From Gammaproteobacteria bacterium (GTDB taxonomy: Bacteria; Pseudomonadota; Gammaproteobacteria; JBCCGL01): DNA of 64,000 nucleotides. This document shows positions 1-10,262 of this stretch, in pieces (position 1 is the first letter of the stretch; each line of letters begins with the position of its first letter). The position numbers and the translations under genes were made by a program. Location of the stretch: positions 640,001 through 704,000 of the forward strand of contig OZ255836.1 in the NCBI GenBank assembly GCA_965277715.1. Direction: 5' to 3'. The notes beneath the pieces were generated by a model, which had not been told where the DNA came from, ran no database searches, and saw only the letters and a program-made list of their open reading frames with translations.

Positions 1-251
1 TGCTCTACCCAACGGTACCCATTGTGCCCCCCAGGCTGGTGGAAGTGGATGATGTCGAGGCTGCACGACCAATCAATTTTCGCTGCCTGCGCAATACAGC
101 AACGGTAAACTATTTTGATGGTTGTGCGATTTCGCTACCTTGCCACAGGAAGGGTGAGTCGCCGGTTGGCCTGATGTTATCAGCCGGCCACGGCCAGGAC
201 TTTAACTTATTTCAACTGGCAATTACTGTGGAGCGTGCTCTGCGGCGCTAG
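1..251 (+). CDS. Amidase signature family protein, C-terminal part (runs off the window start)
   Basis: Frame reads LYPTVPIVPP...LRNTATVNYFDGCAISLPC...PVGLML...QD..L...ERAL, the typical amidase C-terminus. Confidence 0.85.
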   Translation, partial: LYPTVPIVPPRLVEVDDVEAARPINFRCLRNTATVNYFDGCAISLPCHRKGESPVGLMLSAGHGQDFNLFQLAITVERALRR

Positions 252-338
252 GAGTCTGTCGGGTTTAGGCGCTCGCGGTGGGTCAAATCCGCTTTTGCAC
301 AGTAGAGTAGCCTGAATTCGACAGGCTCCCAGGAGACA

Positions 339-1295
339 GTGAGTCATATGCAATACCCCCAGGCAATTCAACGTTTGCAACGCAGCGAGCTGGCTGTACC
401 CGCTATTAACCCCCGTATGTTTGAAAAAGCACTGAACAGTGCCGCTGACTGTGTGTTTCTGGATCTGGAGGATTCGGTTGCTGTTGGCGATAAACAGCAG
501 GCGCGTAAAAATGCCGTTGCAGCGTTGCACGATATTGATTGGCGTGCTGCCGGTAAAACGATTTCAGTACGTATTAATAGCACTGATACACACTATATGT
601 ACCGTGATGTGGTGGATGTTGTCGAGCAGGCGGGTGATAAAATTGATACCTTGATAATCCCTAAAGTTGGGGTTGCCGCCGATGTGTACATGCTGGATAC
701 ACTGCTGACACAAATTGAAAATGCCATGGGTTATAACCATCGAATTGGTATTGAAGGCATGATTGAAACCGCGTTGGGCATGATGAATGTGGGTGAGATT
801 GCCACTGCCAGTACGCGTATGGAAGCGCTGCATTTTGGCATGGGTGATTACGCTGCTAGCTGCCACGCCAGGACAGTCGATATCGGCGGGCTGAACCCTG
901 ATTACCCCGGCGATCAATGGCACCACGCCTTGTCCGGCATGTTGATTGCCTGTCGTGCCTATGGGATTCGTGCAATCGAAGGTCCCTTTGCCGACTTTAA
1001 AGATCCAGATGGTTTTATACACGCTGCGAAGCGCTCTGCGGCGCTGGGCTATGAAGGTAAGTGGGCCATCCACCCCGCGCAAATTGAGCTGGCCAATCAG
1101 GTTTTTTCTCCACCGGCGGAAGAAGTGGCGCAAGCACAATTAGTGCTGACAGCGTTACAGGAGGCCGCTGCAAAAGGTAAAGGTGCAGCGCAGCTAAATG
1201 GCCGTATGATTGATGCGGCATCGGCGCGTATGGCCGAGAATATTGTCGCTATAGATAAAGCGATTAAGGCGAAGGCACTGACGCCAAATGTTTAA
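339..1295 (+). CDS. mcl: Malyl-CoA lyase / CitE-like CoA ester lyase (HpcH/HpaI aldolase-citrate lyase family)
   Basis: RSELAVP, FLDLEDSVA, IPKV, IETA, GDYAAS, GKWAIHPAQ and GRMIDAAS motifs; GGAG RBS before GTG. Confidence 0.8.
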   Translation: MSHMQYPQAIQRLQRSELAVPAINPRMFEKALNSAADCVFLDLEDSVAVGDKQQARKNAVAALHDIDWRAAGKTISVRINSTDTHYMYRDVVDVVEQAGDKIDTLIIPKVGVAADVYMLDTLLTQIENAMGYNHRIGIEGMIETALGMMNVGEIATASTRMEALHFGMGDYAASCHARTVDIGGLNPDYPGDQWHHALSGMLIACRAYGIRAIEGPFADFKDPDGFIHAAKRSAALGYEGKWAIHPAQIELANQVFSPPAEEVAQAQLVLTALQEAAAKGKGAAQLNGRMIDAASARMAENIVAIDKAIKAKALTPNV

Positions 1296-2706
1296 ACCGC
1301 GCTAAAACCCGTTGCCGTGCCTGTTGGTAGTCGATGATGGGTTCGGGATACCCCAATTTTTTGCGTATATCAGAGGGTGGATTGTGAATGGCCTTGCCGT
1401 CCAGCGGTGCCAGTTCAGGTATCATTTTGCGGATAAAGTGACCCTCTGAGTCAAACCGTTGCGACTGTTTTAAAGGGCTGAAAATACGAAACCAGGGCGA
1501 GGCATCACAGCCGGTTGAGGCACTCCACTGCCAGCCACCATTGTTCGAGGCAAAGTCTCCGTCGAGTAAATGCTGCATAAAAAATGCCTCTCCCTGCCGC
1601 CAATCGATCAGCATGAGTTTGCTAAAAAAGCTGGCAGTGAGCATTCTCAAGCGGTTGTGCATCCAACCGGTGCGCAGTAGTTGGCGCATACCGGCATCGA
1701 TAATGGGAAACCCGGTCAACCCCTGTTGCCAGGCGTTGACCGATTCTGGGTCGTGTTCCCATTGCACATGCAGGGTTTCTTTTTTAAAAGGCTGGTTTTT
1801 GCACAGCGAGGGCGAACAGACCATCAGGTAACGGTAAAACTCACGCCAACCCAATTCCCTCAGCCAGGGGTCCTGGCGCCAATCGGCACCCTGCTCAGTG
1901 GCAATTTGTTGCACGGCCTGCAGGCAGCGCCGTGGGCTGATCAAACCACTTGCCAACCAGGGTGAAAGGGTGCTGCTGCCGTTTAGGGCCGGGAAGTCCC
2001 GCTGGTTGTGGTAGTCCATTAACCTTTGTGTGGCGAATGTCTCCAGGTGTTGTCTGGCGCGCTGTTCACTCCCGGGCCATAGGTCGTTGCGGTAGTGCGT
2101 GCTACCGGGCAGTTTGATTGGGTGCGTAGGTGCTGGTAAGGCGCTGGCAACGGGGGCGGGTTCAGGAAGGGGTTGCGGTGTATTTTCAGCTAAACAGCGG
2201 TTCCAGGCGCGGTGCCAAGGCGTAAATACCTTATAGTAATTGCCTTGTTGATTGCGTATGGCGTGGTGTACTAACTGGTCGCCATCACAGCTATGGCATT
2301 GCACGTTATCGGTTTGCAGGGCATCGACAATGGCTTGGTCACGCATTTTTTCATCGTAGGGGTGATCCTGGTTAAACCACATATCCGTTATATGGTGCTT
2401 CCGGCAGTAACGGTGTATTAACGGTGGTAGGTCGATGTAGTACGCCGCGTGTAATAGCTCGAATGCGATTCCCAGTTGTGCAAGCCGCTGGTGAATGTCG
2501 GTTAATGCATCGCTGCGCAGGCCCAGTTTAGCTGGGGCTTCGTTGTGCAAATGCCATTGTTCGGGGGTTGCGCAGTAGATAACCCGCACCGGCTGTTTTT
2601 GTTGGCAGGCGTGATAAAGTGCCGGGTTGTCGTCCAGTCGCAAGTCATTTCGCAGCCATACTAGGTTAACTGGATTGGCCCGGTTCGTAGCGTTGGTTTG
2701 ATTCAC
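1264..2706 (-). CDS. phrB: Deoxyribodipyrimidine photolyase (class I CPD)
   Basis: [68 protein letters not shown]. Confidence 0.93.
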   Translation of the reverse strand: MNQTNATNRANPVNLVWLRNDLRLDDNPALYHACQQKQPVRVIYCATPEQWHLHNEAPAKLGLRSDALTDIHQRLAQLGIAFELLHAAYYIDLPPLIHRYCRKHHITDMWFNQDHPYDEKMRDQAIVDALQTDNVQCHSCDGDQLVHHAIRNQQGNYYKVFTPWHRAWNRCLAENTPQPLPEPAPVASALPAPTHPIKLPGSTHYRNDLWPGSEQRARQHLETFATQRLMDYHNQRDFPALNGSSTLSPWLASGLISPRRCLQAVQQIATEQGADWRQDPWLRELGWREFYRYLMVCSPSLCKNQPFKKETLHVQWEHDPESVNAWQQGLTGFPIIDAGMRQLLRTGWMHNRLRMLTASFFSKLMLIDWRQGEAFFMQHLLDGDFASNNGGWQWSASTGCDASPWFRIFSPLKQSQRFDSEGHFIRKMIPELAPLDGKAIHNPPSDIRKKLGYPEPIIDYQQARQRVLARFKHLASVPSP

Positions 2707-3731
2707 AACATTGGCCAGGTATCACTGAGCTTGTAGCCTTCTGGCCAGGGATCGCTCGGATCCAGGGTGTGTTGGTGCGTGCCGGTTAACCAGGCGCGGC
2801 CACGAATCGATGGCACGATTGCCGGGGTGCCGCCCACTGTGGTGGCAGATTCAATTTTACAATCAAACCGTGAACCGATAATGGATCGGCCAATAAATGC
2901 ATCGCCAGTATTGAGCAGGCCTTTTGCATGGAGTACCGCAAGCCGTGCCGAGCAACCCGTGCCGCAGGGTGAGCGGTCAATTTTGCCCGGCTGGATAATG
3001 ACGGCACTGTGGCCTGACAGCGTGCCCTGGTCGTGGATTAGTGGCATTGCCATCTGGCAAAAGGAAATATGCTGCCAGTCGGGGTTATCTGGGTGGGCAA
3101 ACCCCAGTTGTTGGTTGGCGGCCTGGGTAATTTTAATGCCGGTTTCGGTGATATCGCGTGCTTCGTCGGGGGTAATGGCAAAGCCAAGCGCGCTGGCATC
3201 GACAATAACAAAGCTATCGCCACCGTAGGCAACGTCAACGGTCAGCGTGCCAAGCCCCGCGACTTCGATATGTGCATCCAGCGCTGTCGCAAACGAGGGC
3301 ACGTTGTGTGTTTTCACCGAGGTAACTTTGCCCGCTTTACAATAAGCGGTGATATTGATCACACCCGCCGGGGCCTCGATAGTGATCCGTGTCTCCGGTT
3401 CCTGTATTGGCAATATGCCGGTTTCCAGTAATACGGTCGTGACGCACATACTATTGGAACCAGACATAGGGGGCGTATCTTCCGGTTCCATTACGATCCA
3501 GCCCATATCCGCGCCTGGGTTTTTTGGCGGTACTAATAAATTCACATGGCGAAATACACCCCCGCGTGGTTCGTTGAGCATAAAATTGCGCAGTGTCTGG
3601 TCGTTGGCTATCCAGCGGGATTGCGCCCAAAGTGTGTCACCGGGCGGTGGGGCGACACCGCCGACGATAACATCGCCCACTTCACCTTCAGCGTGACAAC
3701 TGACGGTGTGAATAACTTTGCTTGATCTCAT
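2703..3731 (-). CDS. Proline racemase family protein (hydroxyproline epimerase/dehydratase-like), Ser/Cys catalytic pair
   Basis: HAEGEVG, EPRGG, PPMSGSN and DRSPCGTG motifs. Confidence 0.85.
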   Translation of the reverse strand: MRSSKVIHTVSCHAEGEVGDVIVGGVAPPPGDTLWAQSRWIANDQTLRNFMLNEPRGGVFRHVNLLVPPKNPGADMGWIVMEPEDTPPMSGSNSMCVTTVLLETGILPIQEPETRITIEAPAGVINITAYCKAGKVTSVKTHNVPSFATALDAHIEVAGLGTLTVDVAYGGDSFVIVDASALGFAITPDEARDITETGIKITQAANQQLGFAHPDNPDWQHISFCQMAMPLIHDQGTLSGHSAVIIQPGKIDRSPCGTGCSARLAVLHAKGLLNTGDAFIGRSIIGSRFDCKIESATTVGGTPAIVPSIRGRAWLTGTHQHTLDPSDPWPEGYKLSDTWPML

Positions 3732-3918
3732 TGGGTATGGCCTTTAGGGCTAGAGTAAGTTGTGCTGTGTTATTGAGTAACAAATTCTTGTTGGTTTTTT
3801 TGTTTGCCATTAAGCTGGGCGGTATTGTATGGGAAAAAGGAGGCGTATTGTGTGTAGTGGCTATTGCCAATAACCCCCATATAAATAACCCCAAAATAAC
3901 CCAGATATTGCACAGGCC

Positions 3919-4533
3919 ATGAGCGAAAAAGAAACCCCTCACCATACACACGATGCACCATTGTCTGATATCGAACAGCGAGTCAAAGACCTGGAGCAAT
4001 TGCTGATTGAAAAAGGCTTGATCGATCCGGCCGCATTGGATGAATTAATCGATACTTATGAACACCGCGTGGGGCCGCGCAATGGTGCCGCTGTGGTGGC
4101 AAAAGCCTGGACAGATGCCCGTTACAAGGCGCGGCTACTGGAAAATGCAACCGCAGCCATTGCTGAGCTTGGCTATACCGGTCGACAGGGTGAGCATATG
4201 GTGGTGGTCGAAAACACGCCACAAGTGCATAACCTAGTGGTTTGTACCTTGTGCTCCTGCTACCCGTGGCCTGTGCTGGGGTTGCCGCCAACCTGGTATA
4301 AGGCCTCCAGTTATCGGGCGCGTGCCGTCAGCGAGCCACGCGCTGTCATGGCAGAATTTGGCTGTTATTTGGACGATGGTATTGAGGTGCGGGTATGGGA
4401 CTCAACCGCCGAGGTACGCTATCTGGTGTTGCCTATGCGGCCACCAGGCACGGAGCACATGGATGTAGCGGCACTGGCTGAGTTGGTGACGCGTGATAGC
4501 ATGATCGGCGTCACCCAGGTTGCGATACCGTGA
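3919..4533 (+). CDS. nthA: Nitrile hydratase alpha subunit, cobalt type
   Basis: [17 protein letters not shown] metal-binding motif (Thr indicates Co type); [14 protein letters not shown]. Confidence 0.95.
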   Translation: MSEKETPHHTHDAPLSDIEQRVKDLEQLLIEKGLIDPAALDELIDTYEHRVGPRNGAAVVAKAWTDARYKARLLENATAAIAELGYTGRQGEHMVVVENTPQVHNLVVCTLCSCYPWPVLGLPPTWYKASSYRARAVSEPRAVMAEFGCYLDDGIEVRVWDSTAEVRYLVLPMRPPGTEHMDVAALAELVTRDSMIGVTQVAIP

Positions 4534-5165
4534 ACGGTGCGCACGATTTAGGGGGTATGCACGGTTTTGGCCCCATTGATATCGAAAGCGGTCACGCGCC
4601 GTTCCACCATAAATGGGAGGAACGCGTCTTTGCTATGACACTGGCCTGTGGGTTTCTTGGTCAATGGAATATCGACCAATCCCGTTTTGCCCGAGAGCGG
4701 ATGGAGCCGGGTGAGTATTTGCAAACCAGCTATTATGAGCACTGGCTGTATGGCCTGGAAACCCTATTGGTAGAGCGCGGTTTGCTGCCCGTTGATAAAA
4801 CGCAAGACAGCCGGGCAGTACCCGCCGGGCGGGTGGCGGGAATTTTGGCCAGCGGCGGCCCATCGTATTGTGCCAGCCAGACACCGCCTCAATTTAACGT
4901 GGGTGATACGGTTACCATCGGCAACCAACACCCGGCAGGGCACACGCGTGCGCCACGTTTTGTGCGGGGCAGGCAGGGGACTATCACACGCTACCACGGC
5001 AGCCATGTATTGCCGGATATCAGCAGCCAGCCGCAAGGGATTAAAAAGGGAGCACATTTATACAATATACGCTTCGAGGCGGATGCACTGTGGGGTGATG
5101 CAGGGGATAGCAACAGCGCCGTATACGTCGATGTCTTTGAGCCTTATATCGAGGAGCGTCTATGA
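4530..5165 (+). CDS. nthB: Nitrile hydratase beta subunit
   Basis: [33 protein letters not shown]; GTGA overlap with nthA. Confidence 0.93.
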   Translation: MNGAHDLGGMHGFGPIDIESGHAPFHHKWEERVFAMTLACGFLGQWNIDQSRFARERMEPGEYLQTSYYEHWLYGLETLLVERGLLPVDKTQDSRAVPAGRVAGILASGGPSYCASQTPPQFNVGDTVTIGNQHPAGHTRAPRFVRGRQGTITRYHGSHVLPDISSQPQGIKKGAHLYNIRFEADALWGDAGDSNSAVYVDVFEPYIEERL

Positions 5166-5446
5166 GCAATAACTCTGTGCCACTGTTACCCCGGCAACCG
5201 GCAGACGATGATGGGCCGGTGTTTAGTGCACCCTGGCAGGCCAAAGTATTTGCGATGGCTGTGCACCTGCATGCACAAGGTGTTTTTAGTTGGCGGGAGT
5301 GGGCAGATAGCCTCTCTGTGCATATCGCACAATTTGAGCGCGAGGGAGGGCGTGTAGAGGGTGATCGATACTACCGTTTGTGGCAATGCGCCCTGGAGGC
5401 ACTCCTGGTGCAGAAAAAACACATGGCAGGTAAAGCTGACAGTTAA
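5162..5446 (+). CDS. Nitrile hydratase accessory protein (P14K-like)
   Basis: GPVFSAPWQAKVFAMAVHL, FSWREWA, YYRLWQCALE; ATGA overlap with nthB. Confidence 0.88.
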   Translation: MSNNSVPLLPRQPADDDGPVFSAPWQAKVFAMAVHLHAQGVFSWREWADSLSVHIAQFEREGGRVEGDRYYRLWQCALEALLVQKKHMAGKADS

Positions 5447-5504
5447 TCTATTTCGATAGTACACTCCCCGTTTTCCGACACCCTCTTTACAGGAAACCCA
5501 CCCG

Positions 5505-6332
5505 ATGAATAGCCCCGGCCCCGCCAGCGTAGCGGTGTTATCCTCAGAATCTATTGTCAATACAGTCACTTATCCGATCGATGCCGTTGGCTCTGAAAGC
5601 TACGCTGCCTTGCTGCACCGTTGCCAACAGCATATGGTTGATGAGGGTGTTTGTTTATTACCAGAATTTATCACCCCCCATGCGCTTGATCGTATTCGCG
5701 ATGAGGCGACGACTGTATTGGATAAAGCCTATTTTTGCCACAACACACACAATGCCTACCTACAGCCAGATGATCCTCAATACCCACCCGCACACCCGCG
5801 TCGGCGCCATTTACATACAGACGTAGGGTCAATTGCCTACGACAACCTGCCGCAGGCAGGGGTGCTTTGCCAGCTATACCAATGGGATGCTCTGACAGAT
5901 TTTATTGGTGCCGTACTGGGGCATACAGCGTTTTACCGGGCTATTGATCCACTGGGTGCCCTGTCGGTCAACGTCTTTGAACCGGGGGGATCACACGCCT
6001 GGCACTTCGATGAATCTCACTTTACTGTCACACTGATGGTGCAGCCTGCCGAGGCGGGTGGTTTATTTCAGTATGTGCCGAATATACGCACGAGTGACGA
6101 TGATAATTTTGATGTGGTTGGTGGCGTGTTAGATGGTGACCACAGTGCGGTGAAAACCCTGCCATTTACAGCGGGTACACTATCAATTTTTGCCGGGCGC
6201 AATACACTGCACCGGGTTACACGCATCGAAGGTGATCGCCATCGCCTGGTGCCGGTATTGTGTTACGCCACCAGACCCGATGCACAAAACAGCGAAGCCG
6301 TGCGCACACTATTCTGGGGGCGCGCCAGCTAG
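5505..6332 (+). CDS. 2OG-Fe(II) oxygenase, BesD/HalD-like fold with HxD triad (hydroxylase type)
   Basis: HAWHFD, GGLFQY, distal LHRVT and R in RLV. Confidence 0.75.
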   Translation: MNSPGPASVAVLSSESIVNTVTYPIDAVGSESYAALLHRCQQHMVDEGVCLLPEFITPHALDRIRDEATTVLDKAYFCHNTHNAYLQPDDPQYPPAHPRRRHLHTDVGSIAYDNLPQAGVLCQLYQWDALTDFIGAVLGHTAFYRAIDPLGALSVNVFEPGGSHAWHFDESHFTVTLMVQPAEAGGLFQYVPNIRTSDDDNFDVVGGVLDGDHSAVKTLPFTAGTLSIFAGRNTLHRVTRIEGDRHRLVPVLCYATRPDAQNSEAVRTLFWGRAS

Positions 6333-6374
6333 ACCCCATGTATTTACTTGTGTGCAAGCTAATATAAGGTAGAC
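6329..6374. repeat. CTAG-anchored palindromic mini-element, copy 1 (degenerate)
   Basis: CTAGACCCCATGTATTTACTTG-TGTG-CAAGCTAATATA; similar to 9214-9253 and 36274-36321. Confidence 0.7.
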
Positions 6375-6427
6375 GGTGTACTTGACCGGCCCGACATTAT
6401 TTTTTACATAAACAGGTTTAATACATT

Positions 6428-7579
6428 ATGAATGCAAATTGGAATTACCCTACGGCGGTGCGTGCAGGTGCAGGCCGTGCCAGTGAGCTACCCGCTGTGT
6501 GCCGTGAGTTACACATGCACGCTCCCTTACTGGTTACCGACCCTGGCCTGGCGGGGTTGCCGATGGTGGATAATGTAGTCACCGCCTGCCAGCAGGCTGG
6601 CCTGGCGATAGCGGTGTTCAGCGATATCAAACCCAACCCGACTGGCACGAATGTCGACAACGGTATTGCCGCGTACCGCGCCGGTAACCACGATGGTGTC
6701 ATTGCCTTTGGTGGCGGCAGTGGATTAGATGCGGGAAAGGCCATTGCTGTCGCGGCGAACCAGACTTGTTCACTGTGGGATCTCGAAGACGTTGGCGACA
6801 ACTGGTTGAATGCCGACGCTGAAAAAATCCCCCCCATTATTGGCGTACCAACCACGGCGGGCACCGGCTCTGAAGTGGGCCGTGCCTCGGTGATTGTCAA
6901 TGAGGTGGAACACAAAAAGGCAATTATCTTTCACCCTAAAATGTTACCGGCCTGTGTGATACTCGACCCCGGGTTGACGGTTGGCCTACCTGCCGGGTTA
7001 ACTGCCGCGACGGGGATGGATGCCCTCTCGCACAACCTGGAGGCCTTCTGTTCGCCGGTATACCACCCGATGGCGGAAGGCATTGCTATTGAAGGCATTC
7101 GCATGATCAAAGAACACCTGCCCACTGCCGTGGCAGACGGCGCCAATATCGAAGCGCGTATGCACATGATCGTCGCCTCATCGATGGGGGCCACCGCCTT
7201 TCAACGCGGTCTCGGCGCGATGCACGCTCTCGCGCATCCACTGGGTGCCATCTACGATGCGCACCACGGCATGTTGAATGCGATTTTGATGCCCTATGTG
7301 TTAAAGGCGAATTACCCTGTTATTAAAAAACCGATTGCACGGCTTGCGCGCTATCTGGATCTGGCGCCCGATTTTGATGCATTTTTAGACTGGGTACTGT
7401 CAATGCGCGAGGATATCGGTATTCACCATGCCCTGTCGGAGATTATTCCAGAAGAGAGTCGCCTGTCGGCGATTGGTGAGATGGCCGTAGTGGACCCCTC
7501 GGCAGGCACAAACCCAATACTGCATGATGCGGCAGCGTATACGAAGATAGTGCGGAGCGCCTATAACGCTGAGTTGTAG
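6428..7579 (+). CDS. Iron-containing alcohol dehydrogenase
   Basis: GGGSGLDAGK, PTTAGTGSE, GMDALSHNLE, HALAH, HHG. Confidence 0.92.
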   Translation: MNANWNYPTAVRAGAGRASELPAVCRELHMHAPLLVTDPGLAGLPMVDNVVTACQQAGLAIAVFSDIKPNPTGTNVDNGIAAYRAGNHDGVIAFGGGSGLDAGKAIAVAANQTCSLWDLEDVGDNWLNADAEKIPPIIGVPTTAGTGSEVGRASVIVNEVEHKKAIIFHPKMLPACVILDPGLTVGLPAGLTAATGMDALSHNLEAFCSPVYHPMAEGIAIEGIRMIKEHLPTAVADGANIEARMHMIVASSMGATAFQRGLGAMHALAHPLGAIYDAHHGMLNAILMPYVLKANYPVIKKPIARLARYLDLAPDFDAFLDWVLSMREDIGIHHALSEIIPEESRLSAIGEMAVVDPSAGTNPILHDAAAYTKIVRSAYNAEL

Positions 7580-7655
7580 CGTTGGTGTGTAGGTGTGTGA
7601 TTACCGGTTATTGAATGCGCTTGCATTCACCTATCAGAACTCACCAGAGTAAACC

Positions 7656-8498
7656 ATGAAGAAGAGACGATTTATACAATGTGATGTATTCAGCCCCACA
7701 CCAATACAGGGTAATGGCCTGGCGGTAGTGGTTGACGCGACAGGCTTGACTGATGCCCAAATGCGGTTATTTGCCGCCTGGACAAATTTGGCGGAGACCA
7801 CTTTTTTGTTACCGCCTGATGACCTTGTGGCCGACTATAAAGTGCGTATTATGACGCCAACCCGGGAGATGCCGTTTGCGGGCCACCCGACGCTTGGCAG
7901 TTGTGCGGCCTGGCTACACACGGGGGGTATACCAAAACAACCAGGTGTTGTTCGTCAGGAGTGCGGTGTTGGCATCGTTGACATCGACATCAGTGGCGAA
8001 ACGCACGCGTTTATTGCGCCACCGACGACAATAACCCCATTACCTGAACAGCAACTGCAGGCGATTATTGACGCGTTGGCGATTTCGCCAAATGCGATTC
8101 TGCACACGGCGCACCTCGACAATGGTCCGGTTTGGCAGGTACTGCAACTGGTGAGTGCAGAGCAGGTATTGGCTGTCAACGCAGCACGGGTTAGCTGGCC
8201 AACGCACAAATACATTGGGCTTATCGGTCAGCACCCAGCGGGCAGTGAGTGTGATTTTGAAGTGCGTATGCTGGCACCTTCCAGTGGCATGAGCGAAGAC
8301 CCGATTACGGGGTCACTAAATGCGGCGATAGCGCATTGGCTACACGCAGAAGGCAGGCTAACCCAAGCGGTGACTGTTGCCCAGGGCACCAATATCAACC
8401 GTCATGGCCGTGTGTCTATTCGCCCGGACTCTCAGAGTAATAACATTTTGATTGGTGGTGATACGCACATCATCATTGATGGTACGGTAATGTTGTAA
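7656..8498 (+). CDS. PhzF family epimerase/isomerase
   Basis: DVFS...GNGLAVV, NLAETTF, EMPFAGHPTLG, EDPITGS. Confidence 0.9.
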   Translation: MKKRRFIQCDVFSPTPIQGNGLAVVVDATGLTDAQMRLFAAWTNLAETTFLLPPDDLVADYKVRIMTPTREMPFAGHPTLGSCAAWLHTGGIPKQPGVVRQECGVGIVDIDISGETHAFIAPPTTITPLPEQQLQAIIDALAISPNAILHTAHLDNGPVWQVLQLVSAEQVLAVNAARVSWPTHKYIGLIGQHPAGSECDFEVRMLAPSSGMSEDPITGSLNAAIAHWLHAEGRLTQAVTVAQGTNINRHGRVSIRPDSQSNNILIGGDTHIIIDGTVML

Positions 8499-8546
8499 AC
8501 CATTTTTCGATTCCCTTGTGTAAAAAACCCGATAGGAAACAGACTA

Positions 8547-8900
8547 ATGCCACACGATCAAAAAGTAGATTATCTCGAATTGCCCGCCAATGATTTTGAT
8601 GCGGTGCAGGCGTTTTATGAAAAGGCGTTTAATTGGTCGTTTACCGACTATGGCCCGCAATACCGTGCATTTACTGATGGGAAAATAGACGGTGGTTTTT
8701 ATAAGTCCATACAGCACTCATCAATCGCCAATGGGGCGGTATTAATTGTCCTGTACGCCGCTGATCTGCAACAAACACAGCAAATCGTCACAGCTTGTGG
8801 TGGCCACATTATCAAGGAAATTTTTGTTTTTCCAGGCGGAAGCCGATTTCATTTTGCTGACCCGCACGGTAATGAATTGGCTGTGTGGTCAGATACGTAA
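8547..8900 (+). CDS. VOC/glyoxalase family protein
   Basis: DYLELPA, FYEKAFNW, FPGGSRFHFADPHGNELAVWS. Confidence 0.9.
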   Translation: MPHDQKVDYLELPANDFDAVQAFYEKAFNWSFTDYGPQYRAFTDGKIDGGFYKSIQHSSIANGAVLIVLYAADLQQTQQIVTACGGHIIKEIFVFPGGSRFHFADPHGNELAVWSDT

Positions 8901-9213
8901 GCCGGAGTAGTGCTGGTTAGGAATGTGTTTGGAAAGGCTGATTTCAATTTAATCAATGAATTATATTTCCCTTTATAAGCTGCTAGGCGGGTTAAGTATT
9001 TTCGCCTGAGCCTGACCCTCGATGGTTGTTCAGGTCTTTCCATCAATGGCAAAAAACCAGACATCGCAATAAATTAATTAATATTGTTATTTTCAATTTA
9101 TTTGCAGTAGAAATTTGTGTTGCCACATTATCGTTATAACACAGTGATGCTACTACGATCATAATGTGGTTGAAAAACACGGGTTTGTACAACAGTAGTT
9201 TGGTAAATAACAC

Positions 9214-9253
9214 CTAGACCCATGTATTAACTTGCACATAAGTCAATACACGA
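9214..9253. repeat. CTAG-anchored palindromic mini-element, copy 2
   Basis: CTAGACCCATGTATTAACTTG-CACA-TAAGTCAATACACGA. Confidence 0.75.
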
Positions 9254-9329
9254 TAACTGGCTTTTTGAAAATCAAAAGGTAAGTTTTATATTTGCAAGAA
9301 ATAAAGGGTGGAGGATGAAGGGTAAAGTT

Positions 9330-9839
9330 TTAGGCTTTTGCCAGTTTTCGGGAAATGCTTTCTTCATCGCATTTACCCGCTACTGTGTAGGCGGGCTGGG
9401 TATTGATAGGTCGGCCTGTCAGGAGGTTTAGGGTTTGCCGGGTGTGTTGCAGACGGCCACGCACGAGGGTGCCGTTCGCGCCATTTCTGAGTTGGCAGTC
9501 GTCGATGATTTGTTTGAATGCCTGCCACAGGGCGGTTAGTTCACTATTGTCTGGTTGTGCGGTTATTGCCTCGGATACGGCGTTTGGCGGAAAACCGTTT
9601 GCCGTTAACCAGGCTTGCAGGGCGTTGTTGTGGTGTTCGAGTTGTTTGAGGATGTCGGTTTTTTCTACTAGTAGGGATTCCAGTTGGCTGTAGTCTGTTT
9701 TTGTTACCGACACGGTAGCAGTTACCGCATTTATGTTTTCCTGTAAGGTTTGCGCCAGCTGGTATTGTTGCTTGAGCAAACCAGACAGTTGATCCGTGTC
9801 GGGTTGTTGGTCAATGCTGTTTTGGATGGCCGTCTGCAT
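9330..9839 (-). CDS. flgN: Flagellar export chaperone FlgN
   Basis: Directly downstream of flgM; helical; CQLRNGANGTL and C-terminal YTVAGK. Confidence 0.85.
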   Translation of the reverse strand: MQTAIQNSIDQQPDTDQLSGLLKQQYQLAQTLQENINAVTATVSVTKTDYSQLESLLVEKTDILKQLEHHNNALQAWLTANGFPPNAVSEAITAQPDNSELTALWQAFKQIIDDCQLRNGANGTLVRGRLQHTRQTLNLLTGRPINTQPAYTVAGKCDEESISRKLAKA

Positions 9840-9851
9840 TACAGGCGGTCT

Positions 9852-10163
9852 TTACACTTTGCCCAGTGCACGCTCTACTTCCAGGAATTTTTCAGCAATC
9901 AGATCCGGGTTGATCTTGTAGTCACCTGAATTCAGCGCCTGTTTGATCGATTCAACTTTTTCTGAGCTGATAAGCGCATCAGAGGCGAGGGATTTCTCCA
10001 GTTGTTGCAAGGTCTCCGCCGCGTTGGTCAGGTTGACGACATCGGCTGCCCCTGTATTTTGGGATGACTGGGCCTTTGCACTGTTGGTTTTTGCACCATC
10101 GGAAGTCACGCCAGGGACGACGGGAATGTTGCTACGGGAAACACCATTAATCGGTTCATTCAT
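9852..10163 (-). CDS. flgM: Anti-sigma28 factor FlgM
   Basis: DVVNLT, EKVESIKQALNSGDYKINPDLIAEK. Confidence 0.92.
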   Translation of the reverse strand: MNEPINGVSRSNIPVVPGVTSDGAKTNSAKAQSSQNTGAADVVNLTNAAETLQQLEKSLASDALISSEKVESIKQALNSGDYKINPDLIAEKFLEVERALGKV

Positions 10164-10201
10164 CTTTATGGACTCGTTGAAAAATTATTAAGCTAACCGC
10201 T

Positions 10202-10228
10202 GTATCGGACAAGCTATCGAAATATTGA
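10202..10228 (-). promoter_or_regulatory. Putative sigma28 (FliA) promoter of flgM
   Basis: Minus strand TCAA-N15-TCCGATAC, close to TAAA/TCAA-N15-GCCGATAA. Confidence 0.65.
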
Positions 10229-10262
10229 GTGTATTACCAGTGTCTTTTATCCTGCATGTGAT

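Noticed and set aside
5505-6332. BesD/HalD-type radical halogenase
   Set aside because: The triad is H-F-D; halogenases have Gly or Ala in place of the Asp
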